Positions 11,802-25,829 of a stretch of DNA of 64,000 bases are shown here, in pieces. Made by a program: the position numbers and the translations under genes. Numbering within the stretch: the first letter of the stretch is position 1; each line of letters starts with the position of its first letter. The notes beneath the pieces are model-generated. The model was given only the letters and a program-made list of their open reading frames with translations, searched no databases and was not told where the DNA came from. The stretch comes from Felis catus (taxonomy: Eukaryota), in assembly GCF_018350175.1 (NCBI RefSeq), contig NC_058368.1, positions 496,001 through 560,000 on the forward strand, read 5' to 3'.

Positions 11802-14800
11802 GTAAGTATTTAGTATTCCTTAGAGACCAAGTATTTTTTTTCAAATTTTAAGTAGCAATGTATAAGGGAAATGAGTACTTAGTATGACTTTTAGAACAAT
11901 CCAATACCAACATTCTGTAAATTTAAGTTTCATAGCTGCAACTTTAAACAAGAAATTCTCATGATTCGTAGTAATTTAAAAAACTCTTAATCATGCAAAT
12001 TAGTGAAATATAGAAGGAAAGGACAGTGAAGGATACCTAATATATGTGTTTCTTGCTACCTCCTGAAATCTGGGCAATAGGAAAGCACGTAGAACTGTCA
12101 TCAAAATACTATGATAAAACCTGTTTCTGACCGTGAACATCTGAGAATTTACTAATTATTACTAGGTAATTTACTGAATTTGAACACCAAAATAAATTCA
12201 GATCAAAGCCATTCATATTTAATTTTGAATGTGGATTGATGGGTTTGTTTAGCTACTAACAATGAGTTCGTCATTATTAATCTCTTTGTGTCAGTGCTTC
12301 ATATGAATTAACTCATTCTAAGGGCAATAATAAGTGAATAACTCATTAATCTTTATAACAATCCTGTGAGAAAGACACTAGTATTTTTGTCTAGATTGGA
12401 GATTCTGACCAAAAGGATGAAGCAACTTGCCTGAGGTCACACAGCTACAGAAAGGCGGAGCCAGGATTAGACTGGGTAGTGTAGCTTCATTCAGAACCTG
12501 TCATCTTAAACCCTGTACCATGTTCTGCGGGCTCCCCAGATAAGTTGTGGAAGTCGCCTTATTTGGCCCTAAGTTAGGACTTGCATACATTTCTTTTATT
12601 GAATTTTTTTTACAGTGTCTTATATTTAAATTGAAGTAAAACATATATAAAATTAACTATTTTAACCATTAATGTATGGTTCAGTACCATTAAATACCCC
12701 AAGTGTCATGCAACTGTTGCCATTATTCATCTCCAGAACTGTTTCACATCCCAAATAGCTCAGTAACCCTTAAACAATAACTCCCCATTTTTCTTCCCCA
12801 CCCCCAGCCTCTGATAACTTGTCCTACTGTCTTTATGAATTTATCTGTTTCACTTAGCATAATGTTTACATGTTATAACATGTATCAGAATTTCATTCCT
12901 TTTCATGACTGAATAATATTTCAATGTATGTATATACTACATTTTGTTTATACATTCATATGTTGATGGACACTTGGATTGTTTCAACCTTTTGGCTATT
13001 GTGAATAATGCCGCTATAAACATGGGTGTTCTAGTGTTTGAGTCTCTGCTTTCAATTTTTTTGGGTTTATACCTAGGTCTGGAATTGCTAAATTATATTA
13101 TAATTCGGTTTGTCTTTCTGAAGAACTGCCAAACTGTTTTCCACAATGCTGCACCATTTTATATTTCCATTAGCAATGCATAAGAGTTCCAATTTCTCCA
13201 TATCCTCACCAACACTTTTTTTTTTAAGTAATAGCTGTTTAGGATATGGATTGTATCTCATTATGGATTTGATTTGCGTTTTCCACATGGCTCAGATTGT
13301 TGAATACATTTTTTCATGTGTGTATTGGCCATTTGTGTATTTTCTCTGGAGAAAGACCTATTCCAGTCCTTTGACCGTTTTTGAATTGGATTATTTTGTT
13401 GTTGGGGTGTAGGAGTTCTTTATACATCATGGATTTTAATCCTTTGTCAGATACATCATTTTCAGATTTTTCCCCCCATTCTGTGGGCTGCCTTTTTACT
13501 CTCTTGGTAGCATTCTTTGATCCACAAAAAATTTTAATTTGGTAATCCAGTTTTTTTGTTTTTTTCTTTTGTTGCCTGTGCTTTTAGTGTCATAGTCAAG
13601 AAATTTTTGCTGAATCTAACATTACAAAGCTTTTCCCTTATGGTTTCTTCTAAGAGTTTTATAGTTTTAGCTGTTAGACTTAGGTCTTTGATTTCGAGTG
13701 AACTTTTGTGTATGATATGAGAGAAGAGTCCAATTTCATTATTTTCCATGTGGATGTCCAGTTTTCCCAGCATTGTTTGTTGAAAAGATGGTCTTTTCTC
13801 CATTGAATGGTCTTGGCATACTTGTCAGTATGCAGTTAGCCATAATATATGTGAAGGTTTATTTCTGGGATCTCTGTTTACTCCATCAGTCTATCTGTCC
13901 TTATGCCTGTAGCACACTTTTTTGATTACCATAGCTTTATAGCAAGTTTTGAAATCGGGCTGTGTGAGTTCTCCAACTTTGTTCTTTTTCAAAACTGTTT
14001 TGGTAATTTGTGGTCCCTTGAGATTCCGTATGACTTTTTTAGGGTGGGTTTTTCTGTTCTGCCTGAAACATCACTGAGATTTTGATAGAGACTGCATTGC
14101 ATTGTAGATTGCTTTGGGTGGTATTGTCAACAATATTAAGTCTTTCAATCCATGAATGTGGGATGTCTTTCCTCTTATTTTTGTCTTCTTTCATTTCTTT
14201 TATCACTGTTGTGTAATATATAGCAAGTGTCTTGTTTAAGTTTATTCTTAAGTGTATCACCTTTTTGGATGGTATTGTAGAGGGAATTATTACTTTCATT
14301 TTCGGATTTTTCATTACTGCTAAATAGAAACATAACTAATTTTTATGTCTTGGTTTTATGTTTTGTAAGTTTGCTGAGTTTTTTTCTAACAGGTTTTCTT
14401 TGTGGATTCTTTAGAGTTTTGTACATATAAAATTATATCAGCTACAAAAAAGATTATTTTACTTCTGACAGTTGGGATGCCTTTTGTTTCTCTTTCTTAT
14501 TTAATGGCTCTGGTAGAAGTTCTAATATCATGTTGAATACAAGTAGAAAAGGCAGGCATCTTTTTCTTCTGTCTGAGGGGAAAAGCTTTTGTCTTTCACC
14601 ATTGACAATGGTATCTGTGGGTTTTTCTCATATGGCCTTTATGATGTTGAAGAAATTTCCTTCAATTCCCGTTAGAGGAGAGGGAGAGAAGGGTTGGAGG
14701 ATGGGCTAGATGGATGATGGGCATTAAGGAGGACACTTGTTGGAATGAGCACTGGGTGTTAAATGTAAGTGATGAATCACTAAATTCTACTCCTGAAACC

Positions 14801-15375
14801 AATACTAATACACCATATGTTAACTAACTTGAATTTAAATTAAAAAAAAGTAATACCATTTTTGGGGCACCTGGGTAGTTCAGTCGGTTAAGCATCTAAC
14901 TTCTGCTTAGGTCATGATCTGGTGGTTTGTGGATTCGAGCCCCTCATCAGGCTCTCTGCTGACAGTTTGGAGCCTGGAGCATGTTTTGGATTCTGTGTCT
15001 CCCTCTCTCTCTCTCTCTCTGCTCCTCCCCAGCTCATGCTCTGTCTGTCTGTCTGTCTCTCAAAAATAAATAAATATTTAAAAAAATTTTTTTAATACAA
15101 TTTTTGCATCAACTGAGGTGATCATGGTCTTTCTTTTTCCTTCATTCTGTTAATGTCTTTTGCATTGTTTTAGTTTGTTTTGTATTTTAAACCATCATTG
15201 CATTCCAGGAATCCATCCCCTAGATCATGATATATAATCCTTCTAATATGCCATTGAATTTGTTTTGTAAGTATTTTGTTGAGGGTTTTTACATCAGTGT
15301 TTATAAGTGGTATTGGTCTATAGTTTTCTTATCATGTCTATGTATGGCTTTAGTTTCTGGTAATGTTGGCCTCTT

Positions 15376-15603
15376 TCAACGTTTTTTGTTTTTTGGTTTT
15401 TTTTTATTTTTTTTATTTTTGGGACAGAGAGAGACAGAGCATGAACGGGGGAGGGGCAGAGAGAGGGAGACACAGAATCGGAAACAGGCTCCAGGCTCTG
15501 AGCCATCAGCCTAGAGCCCGACGCGGGGCTCGAACTCACGGACCGCGAGATCGTGACCTGGCTGAAGTTGGACGCTTAACTGACTGCACCACCCAGGCGC
15601 CCC
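15376..15603 (-). mobile_element. Young felid SINE (SINEC_Fc type)
   Basis: Perfect TSD aatgttggcctctt at 15362-15375 and 15604-15617. Confidence 0.95.
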
Positions 15604-15914
15604 AATGTTGGCCTCTTAAAATGAGTTAGGATGAGTTTATCCCCCCCAGTTTTTTGGAAGAGTCCAAGAAGGGATGGTATTAATTTTTTTAAGAGTTTAT
15701 TTAATTCCACTTACAGTGTAATGTTATTTTCAGGTGTACAATATAGTGATGCATTATTTCCTTATATATCACCTGGTGCTCCTCACAAGTGCTCTCCTTA
15801 ATCCCCCATCACCTATTTAACCCATTCCCCCCAGCCACCTCCTTTTAGGTAACTATCAGTTTGATAGAATTCATCATAGAAGCCATATGATCCAGGGCAT
15901 TTCTTAATTTGGAA

Positions 15915-16142
15915 GGTTTTTTTTGTTTGTTTTGTTTTTCAACGTTTATTTATTTTTGGGACAGAGAGAGACAGAGCATGAACGGGGGAGGGGCAGAGAG
16001 AGAGGGAGACACAGAATCGGAAACAGACTCCAGGCTCTGAGCCATCAGCCCAGAGCCCGACGCGGGGCTCGAACTCACGGACCGCGAGATCGTGACCTGG
16101 CTGAAGTCGGACGCTTAACCGACTGCGCCACCCAGGCGCCCC
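15915..16142 (-). mobile_element. Young felid SINE (SINEC_Fc type)
   Basis: TSD ttaatttggaa. CpG-rich body intact. Confidence 0.95.
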
Positions 16143-19049
16143 TTAATTTGGAAATTTTTGATTACTGATTCAGTCTCCTTGCTAGATACAAGTCTGCTCG
16201 GCTTTTTTTATTTATTCATGATTCAGTTTTGGTAGGTGTTTCTAATTATAGTAGATTCTTATAATGCTTTTTATTTATTAAAATCGGTAGCAATTCACCC
16301 ATTTTCTTTTAATTTTTTTTAATGTTTTTATTTACTTTTGACAGAAAGAGACAGAGGTGTGAGTGGGGGAGGGGCAGAGAGGGGAGACACAGAATCTGAA
16401 GCAGGCTCCAGGCTCCCTGTTGTCAGCACAGAGCCTGGTGTGGGGCTGAAACTCACAGACCTGCTCCAAAGTCAGGCGCTTAACCAGCTGAGCCACCCAA
16501 GTGCCCCAAATCGACACATTTTGTTTCTGACTTTAGTAATTTGCATTTTTCCTTTTTTTTCTTAGTCAGTGGTTTGTGAATTTTGTTAATTTTTCAAAAG
16601 CCAACTTTTGATTTTGTTTTTTTTAGCCATTGTTTCTCTTTTTTCTATTTTATTTATATATAGGCTCTAATCTTTATTATTTTCTTCCTTCTAGTTTTGG
16701 GTTTATTTTACCTTTTTTTTCCCTTAAGGTTTATCATTAGGTTATTTATGATCTTTCTTTTCTTTACTGTATATATTTTACAGCTGTAAAGTTCCCTTTT
16801 AGCACGACTTTTGCTACATGCCATAAGTTTGTTGTGAATTTTTCAGTTTTTCTCTGTTAATTTCTAGTCTTCTTCCATTGTGATTAGGAGAGATACTGTG
16901 TATGTTTTCAGTCTTTTAAAATTTATTAGGGCTTGTTTTGTTGCCTAACGTATTGTCTATCCTGAGAATGTTTCATGTGCACTTGAGAAAAATTCTGTTG
17001 GCTTGAATGTTCTATATGTCTTTCATGTGTAAGGGGTTTATACTGTTGTTCAAGTAATCTATTTTCATCTTGATAATCTTTGTAGTTCTTGAAAATGAAG
17101 CACTTAAGTCTCCTTTTATTGAAAAACTGTCTGCCTTCAATTCTGTCAATATTTGTATCATATATTTGAGGGCTCTGATGTTTGGTGCATATATATTTGT
17201 AATTGTTACGTCTTATTGGTTAATTGACCCTTTTATCAATGTATAATGTCATTCTTTGTTTCTTGTAATATTATCTGACTTAGAGTCTATTTTGTCTGGT
17301 AATAGTGTAGCCACCCCGGCTCTCTTTTGGTTACTGTTTGCATGGAATACCATTTTCTAATTTTTCACTTTCAACCAATGTATGTTTTTGGATCTAAAGT
17401 GATTATCTTATAGATAGCATATAGTTGGACCATTTTTTAAAAACCCATTCTGTAAGGGCACCTGGGTGGCTCAGTCAGTTAAGCATCCAACTTTGGCTCA
17501 GATCACCATCTCCTGGTTCATAATTTCAAGCCCCGCATCAGGCTTTCAGCTATCAGCACAGAGTCTGTTTTGGAATCTCTGTCCCTCCCCTAATCGCACT
17601 CTCCTTCTCTCTCAAAAATAAATAAACATTTAAAAAAAAAGATTTAAAATCCATTCTGCAAATCTACCTTTTAATTGGAGGGTTTAATCCATTTAAAGTA
17701 CCTACTGTTGGAAAGGCTTCTGCCATTTTGCTGTTTTTTGTATATCTTCTAGCTTTTTTGTCTCTCATTTCTTGTATTACTTATCTCTATTGTGTTTAGT
17801 TGTGTGGGGTTTTTTTTGTAATGTCATTTTTTTGTATTTTTAAAAAAACATTGTCATAAAAAAATAACAAAATTTACTATCTAACCATTTTTAAATGTAC
17901 AGTTCAGTAGCGTTAACCATACCCACATTGTTGTGCAGCAGATCTATAGAACTTTCATTTTGCAGAACTAAAACTCTCTCCATAATCCATTCATCCATTG
18001 ATGGACATTTGGTTTGCTTCCACCTCTTGGCTATTGTGAATAATGCTACAGGGAACATGGCTTTGCAAATGTTGTAGTTTCATGTTTTGATTATCTTATT
18101 TCCTTTTGTATATATCTATAGTTTTTTTTATAATTACCATGGGGATTACATATAATATTCTAAAGTTATAACAATCTAATATGAACTTATACCAACTTTA
18201 ATTGCACAAAACCCTACTCCTGTGCAGCTCCAAATTCCCCATTTATATTATTGATGTCAAAAATTAATCTTTAGGGCACCTGGGTAGTTCAGTCGACTAA
18301 GCATCTGACTTTGGCTCAGGTCATGATCTCACGGTTCACGAGTTCGAGCCCTCTGTCAGGTTCTCTGCTGATAGCTCAGAGCCTGGAGCCTGCTTTGGAT
18401 TCTGTGTCTCCCTCTCTTTCTGCCCCTTCTCTGCTTGTGTGCCCTCTCTCTCTCAAAAATAAATATTAAAAAAGTAATCTTTATATATTGTGTGCTAATA
18501 GATTTCTGATTTTGTTTTTTAAATCCTATAGAAATAGATATTATCCTATAGAAATAAATAGAAATAAAAGTGGAGTTACAAACCAAAATTAATATTTCTT
18601 TCATGTGTGTCCTTGTATTTACCTGAACCACAGATCTTTACATCTTCATGTGGCTCTGAGTTACATGCTAGAGCTACACTCTATCATCCTTCTAGCTCTA
18701 CCTAAAGGACTCCCTTTAGTGGTAGTGCATTTCCTCGCCACTTGTTTCTCTGTGAATGGCTGAATTTCTCCCTTATTTTTGAAGGACAGTTTTGCTGATC
18801 TGTAATTCTCAGTTGACAGGGTTTTTTTTTTTTTTCCAGCACTTTAAATTTATCTCCGTATTGTCTTCTTTCCTCAAAGTTTTCTTAGAAGAAATCAGCA
18901 AGTAATCTCACTGGTGATCCCTTGTACATGACAAGTTGCTTCTCTCTCACTGTTTTCAAGATTCTGCCTTTGTCTCTGGTTATTGATAATTTGATTATAA
19001 TGTGTATGAGTGTGTCTCTTTGGGTTTATTCTACTTGGGGTCTGTTGAG

Positions 19050-21356
19050 TGTATTAGCTTCCTAGGGCCATTGTAACACAATACCATAAAGTGGATAGCT
19101 TAAATGACAAAATTTTGTGGTCTGAAGTGATGGAGTCTAGAAGTCTAAAATCGGGGTGTTGGCAGGTTTCATTCCTTCTGAGGTCTTAGAGGGAAAATCC
19201 ATTCCATGTCTTTCCCCTAGATTTTGGTGGTATGCTGGCAATCTTTACCACTTGTTGGCTTCTGCATTATCCCAGTCTCTTCTGCTGCCTTCACATGGCA
19301 TTTTCTCTGAACTTGTCTGTCTCAATTTTTTAATAAGGACACCAGTCATATTGAATTAGGTCCCACCTAAGACTTTATTTTAACTTGATAACCTCTGTAA
19401 AACCCTATCTTCAATAAGGTTACATTCTGAGGTACTGAGGGGTTAGAACTCCAACATATTTTTTGAGAAGGACACAGTTCCCAAAGCAGTCTACTCTCTG
19501 CTCCATCAGAAATTCATGTCCTTCTCACATGCAAAATGCATTCATCCCATCCCAATCATTCCATCATCAATTCTAAGTCCAAAATCTTATACATAAGTGT
19601 CATCAGCCAAAAGTCCCAAATCTCATCGTCTAATTCAAGTACAGGTGAAGAATTAGTAGCATACAAGCTGGGGCAAAATTCTTGTCTATATCTGAATATG
19701 TGAAACCAGAGGAATCTAAAACCTAGTGGGGCAAATTCTATTAGATTCTTATGACTTGAGAATAATCTTCACTGGCTAGATGCTCCACCTTTCAGTCCCA
19801 CTAGGACTATTCAGCCTATTTTGGCTTTACCTACTCAGCTCTAGAAGCAGCCTCAATTATTGGAATTGAGTATTTGTCTTCATGCTGTGGAACCCAGGAG
19901 GCTGCACCTCTTGGAACAGAGGACAAGTCAATCCTGCCTCTCAGACTTGTGCCCTCTGGGCTCCTGGTGGCAGTAGCAGACACGCCAGCCTCTGAACTAC
20001 CTTCAGGGTCATTATACCTTTTTCTTCAAAGATAAAACATGTGCAGGGCTGAATAGCTCCATCAGCTCACTTCCTGCCTATAGAATCCCATAAGTTCAAC
20101 AGCCTTCCTTCTTTCTTCCCATCTCTATTCCCTCCATTTCAAGCTGGCAGAGTTTCTGCTGAGATGATTGATTGGATCCACAAGCCACCTGCCCATAATC
20201 TCTTCAGCCACACCCTTGGTGTCCTCTCTAAGCATACTTTCTCATTGTTTACAATATGGATAGGCTGAAAATTTTCTAAATTCAAGTTCTGTTCCCTTTA
20301 TGTTTAGCAATTCTTTATCTCTGTCTTCTCGTGTTTTATTGTAAACAGCAAGGAGAAACCAAGCTGCACATTCAACAATTTGCTTAGAGATTTCCTCAGC
20401 TAAATATTAAAGTTCTACTTTCTATCTGACAGAATACAATTCAACCAAGTTCTCTACCACTTTATATCAAGGATTGCCTTTCCTCTAGTTTCCAATAACA
20501 TGCTCCTAATTTCTGTCTGAGATCTCACCAGAAGAAACTTTGACATTCATATTTCTACCAAAATTCTTTTCAAAGCAATCTGGACTTTTCATTCAAACAC
20601 TTCAAAACTTCTTCTCTATCCATTACCTAATTCCAAAGACACACCCACATTTCAGGTATTTTTTACAGCAACACCCTCCTTCTCAAAATCAAAATCTGTA
20701 TTCATTTCCGAGGGCTGCAATAACAAAGTTACACAAATTAAGTGACTTAAAGACCATAAATTTATTGCCCCATAGTTCTGGAGTCTAGAAGTGTGAGATT
20801 CAGGTATAAATAGGGTTGGTTCCTTCTTAGAGCTGTGAGTGAGAATATTCTATTCTTTTCTCCTAGTTTCTGGTGGTTAGCTGGAAATTTTGGGTGGTCT
20901 GTGACTTGCATTACCATAATCTCTGCTTTCATCTTCACATGCATTCTTCTGTGTTTGTCTCTGTACCTAAATCTTCCCCTTTTATTTTTTTTTTCAACGT
21001 TTATTTATTTTTGGGACAGAGAGAGACAGAGCATGAACGGGGGAGGGGCAGAGAGAGAGGGAGACACAGAATCGGAAACAGGCTCCAGGCTCTGACCCAT
21101 CAGCCCAGAGCCTGACGCGGGGCTCGAACTCACGGACCGCGAGATCGTGACCTGGCTGAAGTCGGACGCTTAACCGACTGCGCCACCCAGGCGCCCCAAT
21201 CTTCCCCTTTTAATGACACCACTCATATTGGATTAAGACCTACCATAATCATTTTCACTTGATTATCTCTGTTAGGATTCTTTCTCCAAATAATGTCACA
21301 TTCTCAGGTTCCAACTCCAACACATCTTGCTTGGAGATATAATTTAACCCATAACA
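19050..21356 (-). mobile_element. Complete MLT1-family MaLR provirus: LTR 19050-~19488, internal ~19489-20696, LTR 20697-21356
   Basis: TG...CA termini and two similar LTRs (tgtatt...tcc.agggc...taaca). The 5-bp TSD ttgag lies at 19045-19049 and 21357-21361. The gatttt start of the internal region and a purine tract adjoin the LTRs on the minus strand. Confidence 0.85.
20984..21197 (-). mobile_element. Young felid SINE inside the MLT1 LTR
   Basis: TSD aatcttcccctttt on both sides. Confidence 0.95.
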
Positions 21357-22551
21357 TTGAGCTTCTTGGATTTAAAGATTCATGTCTGTCACTAAATTTG
21401 GGAGGTTTTCAGAAATTATTTCTTCAAATAATTGTTTTGCTCCTTTCTTTCTCTTCTCCTTCAGAGACTCCCATAATGTGTATATTAATATGTCTAATGG
21501 TACCCTTAGTCTCTGTCCAAGTCCTGAGTCTCTGTTCCCTTTGCTCTTTTTTCTTTTCCCCACTTAATAATTTCAGTTACCCTATCTTCTGGTTCACTGA
21601 TCCTTTCTCATGCTTGCTCAAACATGCTGTTGAACCCTCTGGTGTTTTTTTCACTTCACTTATTGTATTTTTCAGCTCCAGAATTTGTTTGATTCCTTTT
21701 TATAATCTCTATCTCTTTGTTGGTAAATTTTGGTCCTTTATTGTTTTTCTGGTTTCCTCTAGTTCTTTATCCATGTGTTCCTTTAGTTCTTTGAACATAT
21801 TTAAGACAGTTCTAAAGTCTTTGTCTAGTAAGTCCAATATCTGGGCTTCCTCAGAGGTGGTTACTATTTATTTTGTTCCTATGAGTGAGCCATGTTTTCC
21901 TTTTTCTTTGTATTTCACCTGGTTTTTTTGTTGTTGAAAACTGGGCATTTGACTATTAGAATGTTGTAACTCTGAAAATCAGATCCCCACCTCCCTGGGA
22001 TTTGCTGGGTTTTCTTAATTGTTGAAGACTATAGTGGTCGGTTTGTTTGAGACTTTCCCATTCTATTTTTGTAAAGACTGTTCCTTTTTGTGATCACTAA
22101 AGTCTCTGTTCCTTTAGCTTGTGTTCAGCAAATGTTTTGACAGAGATTTCTTTGAATGCCAGGAACTTGATTGGGTTTTGCTTGGTTGCAGTAAACCCTT
22201 GACTTTCCCAGAGTTCTGAAAAATTTCATATGGCTTCTCATTTTTTTTCAATGTTTCTGTGTGGGAACGAGAACTTGGAACCCCCAGTCTGCTATTTTGC
22301 TGATGTCACTCCTCTGTTGAATTTTTCACTGTTCCCTTTGGATAACCTATTAATGGAAGAACATGAATAATATCTACTTAGAAATAAAAGTTTAGAAAAT
22401 TTTAAAATTTTAAGTAATTTAAATGGAATAACAAGAAAAGCTAGATTCACAAAATTTCCACTCACATTATAATGCTCAAAAAAGAGAAAAACCTAATTTT
22501 TTGCCATTTGAAATGGATTTTAAAGTATTTTTTAAACTTAAGAATTGGTAT

Positions 22552-22776
22552 GGGGCACCTGGGTGGCACAGTCGGTTAGGCGTCCGACTTCAGCCAGGTC
22601 ACGATCTCGCAGTCGGTGAGTTCGAGCCCCGCGTCAGGCTCTGGGCTGATGGCTCAGAGCCTGGAGCCTGTTTCCGATTCTGTGTCTCCCTCTCTCTCTG
22701 CCCCTCCTCCATTCATGCTCTGTCTCTCCCTGTCCCCAAAATAAATAAACGTTGAAAAAAAAATTAAAAAAAAAAA
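22552..22776 (+). mobile_element. Young felid SINE (SINEC_Fc type)
   Basis: Perfect TSD aaacttaagaattggtat at 22534-22551 and 22777-22794. Confidence 0.96.
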
Positions 22777-24047
22777 AAACTTAAGAATTGGTATTTGGAA
22801 AGATAATCAAACGTTTATCTATGATGTTTTGGGATTGTTTTTTTAAGAACTGTGTTTCAGATGCTTTAAGAACTACAGTAACCAAATAGTCTTATTTAGT
22901 ACAAGAAATTTCAGATTTGCTCAATGCAGTCATTTCACAAACCCTACTGAAATTATTGAGTTAAAGAATTAGCAATTCACTTTAAAACCACGAGATAGAT
23001 GGTTGATAGGAAACTGGACATTCATATAATGCCAGAATAGTACTACATGAATTATTTGGTGGGTACAGGATAAAAACATAACTGTACAACAGAGGGATCA
23101 GAATCATCACCCCAATCTATATGTGAATCTTAGCATGTTAATGTTGAGTTAGTGATTATTATGTCTTTTGATGTATTGCAACCTAAGTATTTTTACAACT
23201 TAAGTATAATTACTTGTATTCTGGCCAAAAAATGTTTGAATCCATCACACCTATAGATACCAACTTTTAGCTTTTGGGAAATTTCAGGAGCTAGATACTA
23301 CTTAATGGAGGAACAAGCTAAATAATAGCATGAGGATGTAACTACATAATAGATGCTCTTCAGCAAGACTAAGTCATTAAAATAAAAGTACCATGGTAGA
23401 TTCTAAAAGATTTATTGAAATAACCAGATATAATGTGTAGTCTTCAATTGAATACTGGTTTAGGTCAGCATGGGGTATCTAAATGTGGTCTGGAGCATTA
23501 ATAGGAATCCTTACTGAAGTAGAAAAGTGAGAACTGATAGAAAATGCAAATTATCAAACTGTAATCAAATTGCATATATGATATAATTTCATTTTTGTTT
23601 TAAAAAATATGGAAAGTTTGTGTATAAGAAAAGGATCTGGAAGGATATACATTTAAGGTATCTGGATATGTTTTTAATGTTCTTATTCATTTTTGAGAGA
23701 GAGCATGAGCAGGGAAGGAACAGAGAGAGGAGGGGACAGAAGATCTGAAGCAGGGTCTGTGCCAACATCAGCAAGCCTGATATAGTGCTCAAACTCATGA
23801 ACCATGAGATCATGACCTGAGCTGAAGTTGGGACGCTCAGCCAGCTGAGCCACCCAGGTGCCCCTGGAGAAATGTGATTTTTAAAACTTTTTGTTATGTC
23901 CACATTTGCTAATTTTATATATTGCTTCTGTAATAAGATACTTCAAATATAAATTATGTGACATGATTTATCTGATTCTAACATTTGGTAATTTTATGAA
24001 TAGTGCTTATAATACATACCATGTGTTTTAATCCCTTTATCTCTTAG

Positions 24048-24201
24048 ATAGAGAGCCTGGATTTTTTATTTCTATTAAAGACAATTGAGGAATTCTATAA
24101 AAGTGAAGATGGAGAAAATCTGGAAATCCTCTGTCCAGTTCAAGATCAAGCCTGTGTAGCTAAATTTGAAGATGGAGTTTGGTACCGAGCAAAAGTCGTT
24201 G
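24048..24201 (+). CDS. RNF17: RNF17 exon (154 nt, phase 0->1) [11 protein letters not shown]...[16 protein letters not shown]
   Basis: ctcttag| and |gtagga. Canonical Tudor motif DG.WYRA. Confidence 0.96.
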
Positions 24202-24414
24202 GTAGGAGATTGCACACTATTTCTACAGGCAAATGTTATGCTTAAAAACTGATCCCATTTGAGTTGGTACAGATTAATCGTGGAAGTGATGTTATTTGAT
24301 CTTAACATTTTGCTCAGTTATCTATCTTTAGTAAGCTAGGGGTAATGTTGGAAGGTAAATCTCTGGGTCTCTTTTTTTCCAAGTTTGCAATTTCTAATTT
24401 CATAACTTTTGAAG

Positions 24415-24530
24415 GATTGCCTGGACGTCGTGAAGTTGAAGTTAAATATGTGGACTTTGGCAATACTGCAAAAATAACACTTAAAGAAATGCGTAAAATA
24501 AAGGATGAGTTTCTGAATCCCCCAGAGAAG
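24415..24530 (+). CDS. RNF17: RNF17 exon (116 nt, phase 1->0) [16 protein letters not shown]...PPEK
   Basis: gaag| and |gtaatc. YVDFGN Tudor motif. Confidence 0.95.
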
Positions 24531-25487
24531 GTAATCTATTTATCATGAATCATAGGGTTAGAATATTAGCACAAATATGAAAGTAATTTTAGAAATCATT
24601 TTTACCATAGAAATATTCTGTTAACATCTTTGTCTGTAAGTAATTTCTAGCACATAGACTATAGAAAAGAGTTGCTGTGGTTCTATAATTTTCTATATAG
24701 CAACTATAAGTTATTAAGGTGTATGTATATCTTAGCAAATAAGCATTAATTATAAATGTATATGTGCATGTATGTTTGTGTCTATGTATTACTGTTCTGC
24801 AGCTCTTAATGTTATACCAGTATAATGAGGTAAGAGGATGATGTATTTTGTGAAAACAAAACTCATCATAGGAGTATTTTTACTGCAATCTCATTTATGT
24901 GTAAGTATATATAACATGTGCCAGAGAGAGAAAAGTCTGGAAGAAAAAGTGAAAAATTACCCTTCTCTTGGAATCCTACTCCCCAGAGATATGGTTAAGG
25001 CTGATTTTCTATCTCATGTTGCACCTAAGCGTTTGAATTTGGTTAAACAATATTTTTCATTTTAAAAATGAGTAAAAATTATAGGAAAAACTTGAAAATA
25101 CAGATAAAAAGAGGAATCACTCAGAATTGTTGAATATTTTTGATATATATAAATCTAAGATGTGTCTTCTCTGTTTTTAGCGATTATAGGATTAGACAAA
25201 TAGTCCTATAACCTGATTTTCTCATTTAACAGCATATCATACTTTCAGTGGATGCTTGTTATATCAATGTCTAAATGTGCAGTAATTCCTTCAACCAAAT
25301 ACTCTGTTGATTCCAATTATTTGTATTTATAAAATATTTTGTAGATACCTTTGTACATTTATTTATTTTCTAAATATGCATTAAATTCAAACACAAAGTT
25401 TTTTGTACACGTAAAATTTTATTGTAATTTTAAAATAATTGGAAATTAAGTTTACTTTTCTTAATGGCACAATTCTGTTTGACACAG

Positions 25488-25608
25488 GCAATCAAATGTA
25501 AGCTGGCCTATATTGAACCACGTATGAGAGCAGTGCAGTGGTCCAAAAAAGCTAAGGACAAATTTGAAGAAAAGACTCAAGATAAATTTATGACATGTTC
25601 AGTCGTTA
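25488..25608 (+). CDS. RNF17: RNF17 exon (121 nt, phase 0->1) [11 protein letters not shown]...FMTCSVV
   Basis: cacag| and |gtaagc. Confidence 0.95.
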
Positions 25609-25829
25609 GTAAGCTATTTCCATTTTCATTTGTTGCTGTATGGTCATATATAATTTTAAATAAGAGTAACATTATAACATTTGCCAGATCTCAGAATAAA
25701 TTCAATGTGTCATCAGTAAGAGTAGTGAGAACATGTATTGAGCATTGGGTATAGTAGGTATAGTTGCAGGCTCTAGAATCTAAAATCAGCAAGAGGCAGA
25801 ATTTACCATCAGAGACCAAGTCATCCCAA

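Larger units (their letters stand above)
12620..22310 (-). mobile_element. Ancient, heavily interrupted near-full-length L1 antisense to RNF17
   Basis: 3'UTR-like sequence at left, degenerate ORF2 on the minus strand (DIPHSWIERLNIV, IKLLEE), and ORF1-like remnant (LFEEIISENLPNL) at ~21370-21560. Interrupted by SINEs, short L1 tails and an MLT1 provirus. Boundaries approximate. Confidence 0.8.

Noticed and set aside
21293..21937. 214-aa ORF on + strand
   Set aside because: It is the antisense reading of an old L1 ORF1 remnant plus MLT LTR end. The Phe/Leu/Ser-rich composition is typical of T-rich DNA.
22552..22630. tRNA-like sequence with A and B boxes
   Set aside because: It is the tRNA-derived head of a SINE followed by (CT)n and an A-tail, not a tRNA gene. 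The same applies to the other copies.
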